64,000 bases of DNA. Source: Candidatus Dojkabacteria bacterium. Lineage in GTDB: Bacteria > Patescibacteriota > Dojkabacteria > JAHIVN01. Every line of letters starts with the position of its first letter. The stretch's first letter is position 1. This document shows positions 29,768 to 39,934 of this stretch, piece by piece. The notes beneath the pieces were generated by a model. It searched no databases. It was not told where the DNA came from and was given only the letters and a program-made list of their open reading frames with translations. Position numbers and translations under genes: made by a program. The DNA lies in NCBI GenBank assembly GCA_016932045.1, contig JAFGDO010000023.1:42337-106336 (forward strand). Reading direction: 5' to 3'.

Positions 29768-30433
29768 ATGAAGAAAGTTGGGTTGTGTCTAATTCTATGC
29801 ATTATTGCTATTGTCGCAGCTATATTTGTTCCCTGGGAAAATGTTGGGAACATCAAAGATCGTCTTTTGGGAACAAGTCGAAGTGTTGCTTCCTTAAAAG
29901 TTTATTCTTTAGGAGGTAATATGAAAGTAATACTTGATGGAGAAGAAAAAGGTACTGTAAGAAGTGAGGATCCTTACTTAGAGATATTTCCAGTTGAGGT
30001 CGGTAATCACACTGTTGAGCTTGAACGCGAGTCTGAGGCTGGGGGATTTTACGTTGATTTTAAGCGCGAAATACGATTTGAGAAAGGTTTTGATACTGTG
30101 ATTAGTTGGGAGATTGGTCCAACCGAAGATTCTTCTTCTGGATGGATTTTATATGCTCAGAAGACAACAGGAGAGGATGGTAAAATACTCGTCAACCTAA
30201 CATGTGATCCTGGAAATTGTGAAGTACAAATAGATGATCAAGAAAAACGCCAGGCTCCATTATCAGATCAAGAATTATCAATAGATAGCCAGCACACGAT
30301 CAAGGCTAGTAGATATGGGTATCAGGATCTGGAATTCCAGGTTCTCCCTGAGGAGGATTCGGCAAGAGCGCAGCTTGCCGGTTATGTTTTATTCCTAGAA
30401 GTGAATCTATACAAGATACCTGTGTACAATTAA
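29768..30433 (+). CDS. membrane-anchored / secreted protein with two PEGA-like domains
   Basis: N-terminal signal/TM helix; two about 60-aa beta-rich segments matching the PEGA pattern (... DG.EKG ... GNHTVELER ... GY). Confidence 0.55.
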   Translation: MKKVGLCLILCIIAIVAAIFVPWENVGNIKDRLLGTSRSVASLKVYSLGGNMKVILDGEEKGTVRSEDPYLEIFPVEVGNHTVELERESEAGGFYVDFKREIRFEKGFDTVISWEIGPTEDSSSGWILYAQKTTGEDGKILVNLTCDPGNCEVQIDDQEKRQAPLSDQELSIDSQHTIKASRYGYQDLEFQVLPEEDSARAQLAGYVLFLEVNLYKIPVYN

Positions 30434-30472
30434 CCGATTTGATAATTCAAAAAGGTTTTTTAGTTTAACTGA

Positions 30473-33400
30473 TTGCGTTTGATACTAATGCCTATTTTAG
30501 AGAAACTTACAAAGCATAAAAATGCTCCTGTCACGTTGATTTTTAAGGGGGCAAACGTTCTAGGTATTGAGGTTGCGAAGCTCCTTATAGAACAAGGAGC
30601 TTTCGTTGTGCTTATTGATGAATATACGCAGCAGAAGAAGAACATGGCTAGTAGTGTATTAAATGAAGAATTATTTAGCTTTGTTGATATTTCTGGTATC
30701 AGTTCACTTGTCGAAACAGTTGAACATGTCGATTATATATTTTTCCTGAATCATGAAAATTATGACTCGAAAGAGAATATATCAACCTCGGAATTTTTGG
30801 ATAAATCGAATACGCTTGACAGATTGCTTCAGTTGGCCACGGAAAAGAAGAGTAAGTTTCTGTTAACTTCGTCAATAAAACTGCATCAAATAATTCAAGG
30901 TAAAAAAGATGTTGTCTCAGATTTTGATTTAGATGATGACAGCTTAAGCTATACAAATCTTGAAGTTCAAAGATACGCAGAAAACCTGACATGGGAGTAT
31001 TATAAAAGAGGTGGTCTTAATGCCCGAATTGTAAGAATAGGAGAAATTCTTGGGGAGGGTATAGATTTTAATAAGGATGCCTTGGTTGTGAGATATATAA
31101 AGGACGCAATTTCAGGGCAAAAATTGTCAGTAGAGGGAGACGGTCTTGAGAATTTGTATTTTGTGCATGTTTTAGATGCAGCATATGGGCTGATAAAAGC
31201 ACAGTTTACCGAAAAAACATCTGGGCAGGTTTATTCCCTTGTGATTCCTCGTGATATCACTATCTTGAATCTTGCCTATAAAATACTTGATCTCGAACCT
31301 AGGGCAGGTGGGATAGATTTCATAGACCAGAAAGAGAAGGATGAGTTACATGTGTATAAACCGGCAAAGAACTTGAAAAGTATTGGCTGGAAACCAAAGG
31401 TTTCTTTTGAAAGAGCTTTAGCATCGACTATTGATTATGCTTACAAAGTATTAGGGAAAAAGAAGGCTCCGGTTCAAGAGACTCAGGCTCGTGTTCAGCC
31501 GCCAGTTCCCCCTAAACAGGATATAAAAAAGGATGAGGAGGGGAAAGAAAAGAAGAAAAGAAAATCACTTAAAGACTTTTTCGTTAATTTCTTTTTTGAA
31601 GTCAAGGAAGAGAAAAAAGCTCGTTCAGTTCTAGATAGTGTCCAATATAAACCAACACAAAAGCCTCAAACAGAGAAACCAGAAAAAGGTAAAATAGCAG
31701 AAAGGGTATCTCTTAGTCAAAAGAAAGAGATAAGAAAAGCGGAACCAAAAAGCAATAAGTTGAAATCTTTTGCACTTAAATTCACCGGATTGTTTAGTAA
31801 TCTTAGGAACACGGTTAGGACTTTTACACTTGCTCAGTTCTTTGGATATTTTACTGCTGCGATTATAGTACTCCTATTATATTTCGCATTTTTTGTTCCT
31901 GTCTCAAAAATAGTTTATAAGGGATCAGTGGCCTTTCTATATACAAACTCTGCAGCTAAAGCCATGGGAAATTGGCAGTTTTCAAAGGCAAGTAGTGATT
32001 TGGAATCTGCAAACCTTGCCTTGACAGAGGTAAACTCTAATCTTGATAAGTTATCATTTCTTGCAAGTATAAAACAATTTGATAGTTTAGGAAGACTTCA
32101 AAACAAAGTGTCTGAATCCTCAAGGGTACTGACTGCTGCTCAAATGCTTACAGAGTCAGCTGGACCTTTTGAGAGCTATCTAAATGAGTATCAGTCAAAT
32201 GTGTTGCTCGACGGAAAGGAAGATTTGAAAGTACAACCTGGAAACATATATGAGTTGGACGGCCTTTTAGACGTTGATGTTGCAAGGTGGGGTCAAATGT
32301 TGGAAGGTGCCGATACTGTATTTGATGAGTCAGAATTTAATCTGACACTAATCGGGGGTCGCATAAAAGGATTTCAGGAGGCTTTGACCTCGATAAAGCA
32401 GACGAGTGATGTAACCCTTGATCTTGTAAGTGTTATGCCGACTTTACTTGGTGTAGAAGATGAACAAACATTCGCTGTTTTACTAGTGAATGAGGAAAAG
32501 ATGAACACAAGGGGTGGAGAGATTGAGGCTGTTTGTGTATTTTCATACTTTAAAGGGCAGCTTTCTAATACTCGCATTTATGGAAGTTCAGATATAAATC
32601 TTAAACTTACATCTCAACAAGAGAGATTTGTTAGAAATGATCTTAAAGCATTATATCCTGAGGATGGGTTAACTTTTAGAGAACTGACTATTATATTTGA
32701 TGATGGAACTTTCGAATCACTTATAAAGTCCTCAATCGAAACTATCTATGAGGAGAGTCCCGATCATATTGTTACTTTAAACTTTGAAGCCCTAGGAGAT
32801 CTTATATCACTTATAGGGGGTGTTGAACTTGAAGGTTTAGGCATCGTAAATTCTTCAAACTATGAGGAGAGTATTCAAAAGTCTGATATTTCATACAGAG
32901 AACTAATGGCGAAGATTTTTGAAAGAGTTTTTCAGTATAAAAAAGAAGATTTATTAGCTTTCGGTACGCTTATAGGGAACCATATAAAATCATCAAATAT
33001 GGTTCTTTATTCTCAGAGTTCAATACTAGATAAGTTTCTAGCAGATAAAGGAATTACAAAAACTCCCCCAATGGACTCATATGATTGGTTTAGTGTTCAT
33101 GCTGTAACTGATTCACAGAATATGCCGAGTATCAAAGTCGAGACAAGAATTGAATTAAAAGATGCGGATAGTGAAGCAGAGCACAAGCTAAGTTTTGAGA
33201 AAAATATAGAAGGAGACTTTCTTGGAACTGTCATCCTTGAATTTGGACCTGATTTTGACATCTCTGAAATTACTACATCATCAGATAAGGTTCAAGTGTT
33301 ACAAGAATATAGAAATAAAGTATTCCTACAGCTAAACCTTGTAAAAGATGATAAAGAAAATGCAGTTGTCAAGGGGAAAAGTACTGGAGTTGTAATCCAA

Positions 33401-33601
33401 AAAGAGAATGAGTATAATTACTTCTTGCAACTAGAGAAACCGGCAGGTTTTTTTTACTATTATGATATTCTGCTAGACTACGGGAAGGATTATCAATTGA
33501 TGTCTGTATCTCCGGAAAGTGTAACTGTTGATTCAGCGGTGAAGATACTAGGCAGTATAAATGAAGATATGCTATGGAGACTAAATCTTTCTCAACCATA
33601 G
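30473..33601 (+). CDS. 1042-aa fusion protein: cytoplasmic NAD-dependent epimerase/dehydratase-like Rossmann domain, single TM helix, large extracytoplasmic domain (possibly LCP/LytR-CpsA-Psr-like)
   Basis: Residues 1-330 have an SDR/epimerase-like fold (GANVLG glycine-rich loop; YTNLE in place of YxxxK); Lys-rich linker; TM helix FTLAQFFGYFTAAIIVLLLYFAFFV; C-terminal about 600 aa with an LCP-like block FAVLLVNEEKMNTRGGEIEAVCVFSY. Confidence 0.7.
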   Translation: MRLILMPILEKLTKHKNAPVTLIFKGANVLGIEVAKLLIEQGAFVVLIDEYTQQKKNMASSVLNEELFSFVDISGISSLVETVEHVDYIFFLNHENYDSKENISTSEFLDKSNTLDRLLQLATEKKSKFLLTSSIKLHQIIQGKKDVVSDFDLDDDSLSYTNLEVQRYAENLTWEYYKRGGLNARIVRIGEILGEGIDFNKDALVVRYIKDAISGQKLSVEGDGLENLYFVHVLDAAYGLIKAQFTEKTSGQVYSLVIPRDITILNLAYKILDLEPRAGGIDFIDQKEKDELHVYKPAKNLKSIGWKPKVSFERALASTIDYAYKVLGKKKAPVQETQARVQPPVPPKQDIKKDEEGKEKKKRKSLKDFFVNFFFEVKEEKKARSVLDSVQYKPTQKPQTEKPEKGKIAERVSLSQKKEIRKAEPKSNKLKSFALKFTGLFSNLRNTVRTFTLAQFFGYFTAAIIVLLLYFAFFVPVSKIVYKGSVAFLYTNSAAKAMGNWQFSKASSDLESANLALTEVNSNLDKLSFLASIKQFDSLGRLQNKVSESSRVLTAAQMLTESAGPFESYLNEYQSNVLLDGKEDLKVQPGNIYELDGLLDVDVARWGQMLEGADTVFDESEFNLTLIGGRIKGFQEALTSIKQTSDVTLDLVSVMPTLLGVEDEQTFAVLLVNEEKMNTRGGEIEAVCVFSYFKGQLSNTRIYGSSDINLKLTSQQERFVRNDLKALYPEDGLTFRELTIIFDDGTFESLIKSSIETIYEESPDHIVTLNFEALGDLISLIGGVELEGLGIVNSSNYEESIQKSDISYRELMAKIFERVFQYKKEDLLAFGTLIGNHIKSSNMVLYSQSSILDKFLADKGITKTPPMDSYDWFSVHAVTDSQNMPSIKVETRIELKDADSEAEHKLSFEKNIEGDFLGTVILEFGPDFDISEITTSSDKVQVLQEYRNKVFLQLNLVKDDKENAVVKGKSTGVVIQKENEYNYFLQLEKPAGFFYYYDILLDYGKDYQLMSVSPESVTVDSAVKILGSINEDMLWRLNLSQP

Positions 33602-33644
33602 AGTTTAAATTGATTAATGAAATATTCTTTTATTATTCTAATTT

Positions 33645-34121
33645 ATGAGTGGTAAAAAACTAATAACAAAAAGGGGATTGAAAAAACTTGAGGATGAACT
33701 CAAAATGCGTACTGATAAAATGCGCGATGAAATTGCTGACAGACTGGATGAAGCAAAAGCGATTGGAGATCTTTCTGAGAATTCGGCATATCATGCTGCT
33801 TTGGAGGAATATCAGTTTAATGAGGCCAGAATAAATGAACTTAAGGATTTGATAAGTAAGATTGAGGTTGCTCCTGACGAAAGTCGCGATACTGATATTG
33901 ACATTGGTGATACAGTCAAGGTTAAGGATTTAAGTACTGGGAGGATCATAACGTATGATATTGTTGGTCTGGGAGAAGGAGACCCTCTAAAGGGACAGGT
34001 AAGTTCTGATTCAGCTGTAGGTGGAGCCATAATTGGAAAGAAGGTAGGAGATAAGGTAAAGGTAAGTCTTCCGCGTGGAGAGCAAGAACTCGAAATAATT
34101 AAGATAGGTCAGTCAGTTTGA
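33645..34121 (+). CDS. greA: transcription elongation factor GreA
   Basis: coiled-coil NTD with DLSENSAYHAALEEYQFNEARI and FKBP-like CTD. Confidence 0.9.
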   Translation: MSGKKLITKRGLKKLEDELKMRTDKMRDEIADRLDEAKAIGDLSENSAYHAALEEYQFNEARINELKDLISKIEVAPDESRDTDIDIGDTVKVKDLSTGRIITYDIVGLGEGDPLKGQVSSDSAVGGAIIGKKVGDKVKVSLPRGEQELEIIKIGQSV

Positions 34122-34320
34122 TTCCCTCCTTTTATAAAACCTCTACATTCCTAGCAGCCTAAAGTTTTATTCTTTATACAACACTTTTTTATCTTGCAAA
34201 AGGATGGCCGTTCCCTTCTCTATATGCTTTCCCGCATTGCATTTTTACTAGTAAGCTTAATACTTTATAGCATTGTTCATAATTTTTAAACTTTCTGAAA
34301 AAGAAGATTTTAGATAAAAA

Positions 34321-34452
34321 TTATGCATTTCTATCAAATTCGCTACCGCGACACTCTTTTCTAGGATCTCTAGTCATATCAGCTGTTTGTCCTGAATAAT
34401 TGGGACAATCTTTGCAGCACAAGCCGCAGTATGCAGTCATATTTTTACTCAT
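34321..34452 (-). CDS. small (43 aa) Cys-rich hypothetical ORF in a 620-nt intergenic region
   Basis: Hand translation MSKNMTAYCGLCCKDCPNYSGQTADMTRDPRKECRGSEFDRNA; five Cys in 35 residues; no obvious SD. Confidence 0.3.
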   Translation of the reverse strand: MSKNMTAYCGLCCKDCPNYSGQTADMTRDPRKECRGSEFDRNA

Positions 34453-34742
34453 TTTATAACAATTTCAAAATTAATTATTATTATTAACACTATTATGTTT
34501 TTAGTTTAAAAAAGTTGTACCTTTTGTACTTTAATAATAGTTTTTCTTGCTATAGATAATAGTATGGTATACTTCCAAAAAATGATTATCCATGTTAAAC
34601 TATAAAAATAATAGCAAGATATAATAAACAGTGCTAATTTATAATTTGTGAAATTGAATAGTTAAAGCAAGGATTTTTTAGCTTACAAGGTATTCAATTT
34701 CTTCACAACTTCATTAAGTAATAATGCTAAAAGGCATGGCGC

Positions 34743-36473
34743 TTGCGAAGCAAGCTTAATTTGAAGTCCTTATGTAAAATGAAGCAACACGCAGTTCCAG
34801 AAAATATAATGGACGTGGAGTTTAAGCTATTTGGTAGTCTAACGGCTAAACAGTTTGGTTATATTATTGGTGGTGGGTGTATAGCTTTGCTTATGTACTA
34901 TACATTTAAGACTCTTAACTCTACCCTATTAGGATGGATCTTTGCTTTTTTGTGTGTAATCCTGGGGTTATCTCTTGCACTTATAAGAGTAAATGATCAG
35001 CCGTTTGAAGTTTGGCTGGGCAATTTTCTCTCAGCTATGTTTTCGTCTCAAAAAAGAGTATGGAAAAAGGGGAAAAAAACACCAGAAGTTCTTACTCAAC
35101 AAGGAGTTGAACAGAAGAAAGAGATTGTTCGTGCACAACAGTCAGCTCCTCTGCAGGTAGCTACTCAAGCACAGCAGGAAAAGAAGATTCTTCCCCCAAA
35201 ACCTTCACTACAGCCGGGTCCTAGTATACCTGAGCATCCTTTTAAAGATATTCAGACAGAAAATCAACAAAAGCAGGTTATACAAGCTCCAGGAAAAGTG
35301 CAGGCAGGTGGTGTTGCGCCACGCGGGCCGGTTGTACAGTCGCAACTTGCTGGAACAGCCGTTCAGGGCGATACATACTATATACCAGGGAGTGCCCAAA
35401 AATATATAAAAATGTCTACTAATCAGTCTCCTAACCGTCCCTTGACAGTATCAACTCAATCGGGGACTTTAGATCAGAGAATAAAATCAGATATGATACA
35501 ACCACAGAAAGTTCAAACACAGAAGTCCGATCAAGTCCAACAAACACCTTCTACTCTTTTAAATGAAGGTAATGGGGTGAGTGCAACTACAAGTTCTCCT
35601 CCACCGCATGACGAACCAGCAGAAAACGTTGGAAATAAGCAGGAACCTAAAAGCGACACGCAAGCTGTATCAGCCGCTCCTGTTGTAAGTCAGCAATCAG
35701 GACAGGTTGGTACTGGAAATGTCTCGGATCAGACACAACAAGCTTCCATCGAGGGGGCAGCGCCAGTACTGCAACAACCAGTACAAGCTCCACAGGTTGC
35801 TCAAACAAATGAGGGGAAAACGTATACGAACAAAGGGTTACAATATGGTGATCTGATTCCCGAAAAAGGTGAATCTACAACAGATCATGCAAATGATGAT
35901 AGTTCAGGTGCTATATCTTCTGATGATCAGCTTGCAGAGGAGAATAAAGCTTTAAGGCAAAAGGTGGCTGAATATTCTGAGGAAAAAGCAAAGTTAGAGG
36001 AAGCACTTACTCAGACTAAGAGGATGCACGATGAGTTACAGAGTCAAAATCTAGGTTTAAGTGAGAAGCTAGGAGGTCTTCAAAGGGAGCTAGAGGCACT
36101 TAAGGTTAAGGAAGAGGAGCCTAAGCCGGCAGCACCGACGAAGCAAATTCCGAAAGAACAAGAGGATAGTGGACTTATGTCGCCAGGTGTTTATAGCGGC
36201 CCGTCACTTAGTAAAAAACCTAATGTCATTAGCGGAATAGTAAAGACTAAAGATGGAAAGCTATTGCCGGGTGTTATAGTGATAGTGAAAAATGATAAGG
36301 GTCGACCTGTACGCGCTATGAAGACAAATAGTCTTGGTCAATTTGTGACGACGACAGCACTAGATAATGGAGTTTATCTTTTAGAACTTGCAAGGGATAG
36401 CTACTCTTTTGCGCGTTATGAGATACGTCTGACAGGTGACTTGTTGCCGACATATGAAATTGAGTCGTCTTGA
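34743..36473 (+). CDS. membrane protein: N-terminal 2-TM VirB3/PrgI-like region (inferred), long Gln/Pro-rich low-complexity linker, coiled coil, C-terminal CarboxypepD_reg-like beta-sandwich domain
   Basis: FGSLTAKQFGYIIGGGCIALLMYY ... LGWIFAFLCVILGLSLALI hydrophobic pair; QxQ/PxP-rich middle; LEELKxK coiled coil; C-terminus ISGIVKTKDGKLLPGVIVIVKNDKGRPV ... GVYLLELARDSY. Confidence 0.6.
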   Translation: MRSKLNLKSLCKMKQHAVPENIMDVEFKLFGSLTAKQFGYIIGGGCIALLMYYTFKTLNSTLLGWIFAFLCVILGLSLALIRVNDQPFEVWLGNFLSAMFSSQKRVWKKGKKTPEVLTQQGVEQKKEIVRAQQSAPLQVATQAQQEKKILPPKPSLQPGPSIPEHPFKDIQTENQQKQVIQAPGKVQAGGVAPRGPVVQSQLAGTAVQGDTYYIPGSAQKYIKMSTNQSPNRPLTVSTQSGTLDQRIKSDMIQPQKVQTQKSDQVQQTPSTLLNEGNGVSATTSSPPPHDEPAENVGNKQEPKSDTQAVSAAPVVSQQSGQVGTGNVSDQTQQASIEGAAPVLQQPVQAPQVAQTNEGKTYTNKGLQYGDLIPEKGESTTDHANDDSSGAISSDDQLAEENKALRQKVAEYSEEKAKLEEALTQTKRMHDELQSQNLGLSEKLGGLQRELEALKVKEEEPKPAAPTKQIPKEQEDSGLMSPGVYSGPSLSKKPNVISGIVKTKDGKLLPGVIVIVKNDKGRPVRAMKTNSLGQFVTTTALDNGVYLLELARDSYSFARYEIRLTGDLLPTYEIESS

Positions 36474-36517
36474 TGTAATTTTCTTTAATTTTATTATTTT
36501 AATCTTTTATTTATATT

Positions 36518-37204
36518 ATGGCTCTTTTGCCGAAGGGGATACCCTCGACACAACAACATCTTGATATTGCTGAGATAAAGAATGATCTTGTGGTCCTTAA
36601 AAATGGTGTTGTAGCACTTGTGTTAGAAACCACATCCCTGAACTTTGATTTGTTATCAGAACGGGAGCAGGACACAAAGATTCTTGCTTTTGCTGGGCTT
36701 CTGAATTCACTTTCATTTCATGTTCAGATCGTAATCCGCACTCATAGGACAGATTTAAGTGACTATGTTGAGCTTCTAGAAAACCAAAAAAATAGACAAA
36801 TTTCTAATGGACTTCGCAATCAAATGGGAATTTATATTGAATTCATAAAAAACCTGACAGTTACAAATGAAGTTCTTGAGAAGCGATTCTTTATAATTAT
36901 CCCTAGTAGTAGTGGAATTTCACTAAAGCCGGGAATATTTAAAAAGTTATTTGGGAGCAAGGAAGATGTGGTCAATGTTGATGAAGCTATAGATAGAGCG
37001 ACAACAAAGTTGTATCCAAGAAGGGATCACATCATCAAACAGTTGAAAAGGATGAGCTTGTTTGCACGACAACTTTCCTCTTCGGAGCTAGTAAAGTTGT
37101 ATTATGGTGTATATAACCCCGAGCGAGGTGGGATCGAAAAACTACAGCTAACTAGAACTGATGTTGATGCTCCTGTTGTAGGAGCAAAGACACAGGAGAG
37201 TTAG
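36518..37204 (+). CDS. protein resembling the N-terminal (CagE/TrbE/VirB4 N-domain) region of VirB4 ATPases, encoded separately from the ATPase
   Basis: Pattern DIAEIKNDLVVLKNGVVALVLETTSLNFDLLSEREQDTKILAFAGLLNSLSFHVQIVIRTHR mirrors the conserved VirB4/TrbE N-terminal block; 228 aa, no Walker motifs. Confidence 0.5.
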   Translation: MALLPKGIPSTQQHLDIAEIKNDLVVLKNGVVALVLETTSLNFDLLSEREQDTKILAFAGLLNSLSFHVQIVIRTHRTDLSDYVELLENQKNRQISNGLRNQMGIYIEFIKNLTVTNEVLEKRFFIIIPSSSGISLKPGIFKKLFGSKEDVVNVDEAIDRATTKLYPRRDHIIKQLKRMSLFARQLSSSELVKLYYGVYNPERGGIEKLQLTRTDVDAPVVGAKTQES

Positions 37205-37239
37205 TGTGTTAGAAATTATTAAATGAAACGCACAGAAAG

Positions 37240-37773
37240 ATGGAGGATACAAAGTTACATTATATTGTGGTTACGGGAATTATTATTAAGGATGAAAAAT
37301 TCCTTATTGCTCGAAGAAGTTTAAAAGAAGCAGCTTTTCCAGGCTTGTGGACAGTACCTGGGGGGAAATTACGTACCGATGATTATACTACTTCAAAAAA
37401 GGATACGTCAGATAGCTGGTACAATGTTCTTGAAAAATTATTACAAAGAGAAATAAAGGAGGAAGTGGGGGTAAATGTAAAAGATATAAGATACCTTTTG
37501 AGCTTGACGTATATTCGCTCAGATGGGAAGCCGACCTTGATATTGAGCTTTTATTGTTATTATGATTCGGGGAGTATTCAGTTATCGAAGGAATTAACGG
37601 AATATAAGTGGGTAGATAGAAATGGTCTGGAGAACTATGCGTTAGTGCCGGGGCTTAGAGAAGAGATAGAGATGGTAGATGATATACTCAAAGGAGGCGG
37701 AGTTGAAAGCTGGAGCGGACAATATGATAGTTGCGATGATGAGAGTGTTCGAGATGGGGAATCAAAGAAATAA
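37240..37773 (+). CDS. NUDIX hydrolase
   Basis: Nudix box GGKL ... REIKEEVGV (with insertion); 177 aa. Confidence 0.7.
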   Translation: MEDTKLHYIVVTGIIIKDEKFLIARRSLKEAAFPGLWTVPGGKLRTDDYTTSKKDTSDSWYNVLEKLLQREIKEEVGVNVKDIRYLLSLTYIRSDGKPTLILSFYCYYDSGSIQLSKELTEYKWVDRNGLENYALVPGLREEIEMVDDILKGGGVESWSGQYDSCDDESVRDGESKK

Positions 37774-37855
37774 ATGGGCAATCAAGATATTTTTATAATC
37801 TATTTGTAATCAATTAAATAGAGTTTAAGTTACTTTTTTATTTCAATGTTTATTT

Positions 37856-39883
37856 ATGGCCAATTTACTTTCATTTCTGAAGAAAAAAGATAAAAAGGAT
37901 GTTGCTAGTGCTCAAACCCAAACTCAAGCAGGCGGTCAGCTTGAAGGACAGATAACTTCATCAATTCCTGGTCAAGTTATGCCAACAAGTACTGTTGGCA
38001 CGAGCAGGTATTTAAAGACAAGTACAGAACAAAAAGAGCTTACTAAAGCTTATCAACAGAAAGGACAATTCTTAGCAAGATCCGGTGTAGATATAAAAGA
38101 TGAGGATGAGGCAGTGAATAAATTTGTCGGAGGGATGCTGGATGTGAAGGATATTATCGCGCCTCCAGCTATAGAGGTAGATTTTAATCATATTCTTGTA
38201 GGAACGAAGTATTTTCGAACCCTTTTTTCTTCGGGTTATCCTAAATTTGTGGGTGCAAACTGGTTGTCACCTTTGATAAATTTCGAATTCCCTGTTGATA
38301 TAAGCACCTTTTATTATCCTGTTGATTCCAGGCTTGTAATGCAGAGGTTAAAAAGAAAAATTGGAGAGATGGAAGCGACTATAAATATAGATCTGGAAGC
38401 AGGTAAAGTGGTTGATCCAAGGGTTAAGGTTGCGCTTGCAGATGCTAAAGAACTTCAGGAGTCTCTGGCGAAAGGTACTGAAAAATTTTTTCATTTCGCA
38501 CTATATGTAACTATTAACGCATCCTCTCTTGCCGAATTGGAGAAGACCTATAAGAATCTTGAACAGTCTCTGGGAGCAATAGGAGTTGTTATTAAACCAG
38601 CAACTTTGCAGCAAGAGCAAGGCTATCAAAGTGTAGTGCCGGTGGGACTGGATAAACTGTATTATACGAGGAATATGGATACTACCTCACTAGCCACTAC
38701 ATTCCCGTTTGTCAGTTCGAATCTCACTATGAACAGGGGAGTTTTGTATGGTGTAAACAAGCATAATAAGAGTCTGGTGATCTTTGATAGATTTGAGCTT
38801 GAAAATGCCAATGCTGTGATTTTTGCGACATCAGGAGCTGGAAAGAGTTACCTTGTCAAGCTTGAGGCTTTAAGAGGTCTTATGTTTGGCATAGAAAGTA
38901 TTATTATCGATCCTGAAAAAGAGTATCAAAAGTTATGTAGAACAATAGGAGGCGAATACATATCCTTTGCACAAGATGGTGATAAGAAGCTAAACCCTTT
39001 CGAACTTTCAGGTATTCAAGAGGAGGGTGAAGATGAATTGAGAATGAAAATACAATCTCTTCACGGCCTTTTAAAGATAATGCTTGGAGGACAGGTAACT
39101 CCACAGGAGAGTGCTGTCCTAGATAGGGCTCTAATTCTGACCTATAAAGAGAAAGGGATAAGTCCTGATATCGTAACCCATAAAAACCAGCCTCCTTTGA
39201 TGGAAGATTTATACAAAGTGCTCCAAGCGATGGCTGAGCCGGAAGCCCATTCTATAGCTATACGGTTGGAAAAGTATATAAGAGGAAGTGCAGCAGGTAT
39301 TTTTGATCGACAAAGTACAGTTGACATTCGAAATACTTTTACTGTTTTTAGCATAAGAGAATTAAGTGATGACCTTCGCCCTATAGCTATGTATATGATG
39401 CTTGATTTTATTTGGAACAAAGTAAAAACAGATAGACGCAAAAGGCTTCTCATAATTGACGAAGCTTGGTGGATGATGCAGTTTGAAGACGCAGCCAAAT
39501 TTATACATTCTATTGCAAAAAGAGCAAGAAAGTATTGGTTAGGTCTGACAACCATTACTCAAGATGTTGAAGATTTTCTGGAAACTGATTATGGTAAGGC
39601 AATCATTACAAACTCGGCTATTCAAATTCTTCTAAAACAGAGCCCTGCTGCTGTTGATAGAATCCAAAAGGTATTTTATTTATCTGACGGAGAAAAGAAC
39701 TTTTTACTTTCTTCGGGAATTGGAGAAGGTATATTTTTTGCAGGACCAAGTCACGTTGCTATTCAGGTAATTGCTTCGGAAAATGAGCATCAGTTAATTA
39801 CTGCTCATCCTGAAGAACTGGCAAAACAAGCTCGTGAAGAGCAAGAGAGGGAAAGACAATTAAGAGAAAGTCAGGGCGGGTGA
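37856..39883 (+). CDS. VirB4/TrbE/TraC-family type IV secretion / conjugation ATPase
   Basis: Walker A VIFATSGAGKSY, Walker B LLIIDEAWWMM, LTTITQ motif, TraC-like N-region; 675 aa. Confidence 0.8.
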   Translation: MANLLSFLKKKDKKDVASAQTQTQAGGQLEGQITSSIPGQVMPTSTVGTSRYLKTSTEQKELTKAYQQKGQFLARSGVDIKDEDEAVNKFVGGMLDVKDIIAPPAIEVDFNHILVGTKYFRTLFSSGYPKFVGANWLSPLINFEFPVDISTFYYPVDSRLVMQRLKRKIGEMEATINIDLEAGKVVDPRVKVALADAKELQESLAKGTEKFFHFALYVTINASSLAELEKTYKNLEQSLGAIGVVIKPATLQQEQGYQSVVPVGLDKLYYTRNMDTTSLATTFPFVSSNLTMNRGVLYGVNKHNKSLVIFDRFELENANAVIFATSGAGKSYLVKLEALRGLMFGIESIIIDPEKEYQKLCRTIGGEYISFAQDGDKKLNPFELSGIQEEGEDELRMKIQSLHGLLKIMLGGQVTPQESAVLDRALILTYKEKGISPDIVTHKNQPPLMEDLYKVLQAMAEPEAHSIAIRLEKYIRGSAAGIFDRQSTVDIRNTFTVFSIRELSDDLRPIAMYMMLDFIWNKVKTDRRKRLLIIDEAWWMMQFEDAAKFIHSIAKRARKYWLGLTTITQDVEDFLETDYGKAIITNSAIQILLKQSPAAVDRIQKVFYLSDGEKNFLLSSGIGEGIFFAGPSHVAIQVIASENEHQLITAHPEELAKQAREEQERERQLRESQGG

Positions 39884-39934
39884 CGAACTTATCATTAAGG
39901 CCCACGTAATTCTTAACTAAATAAGATTAATCTA

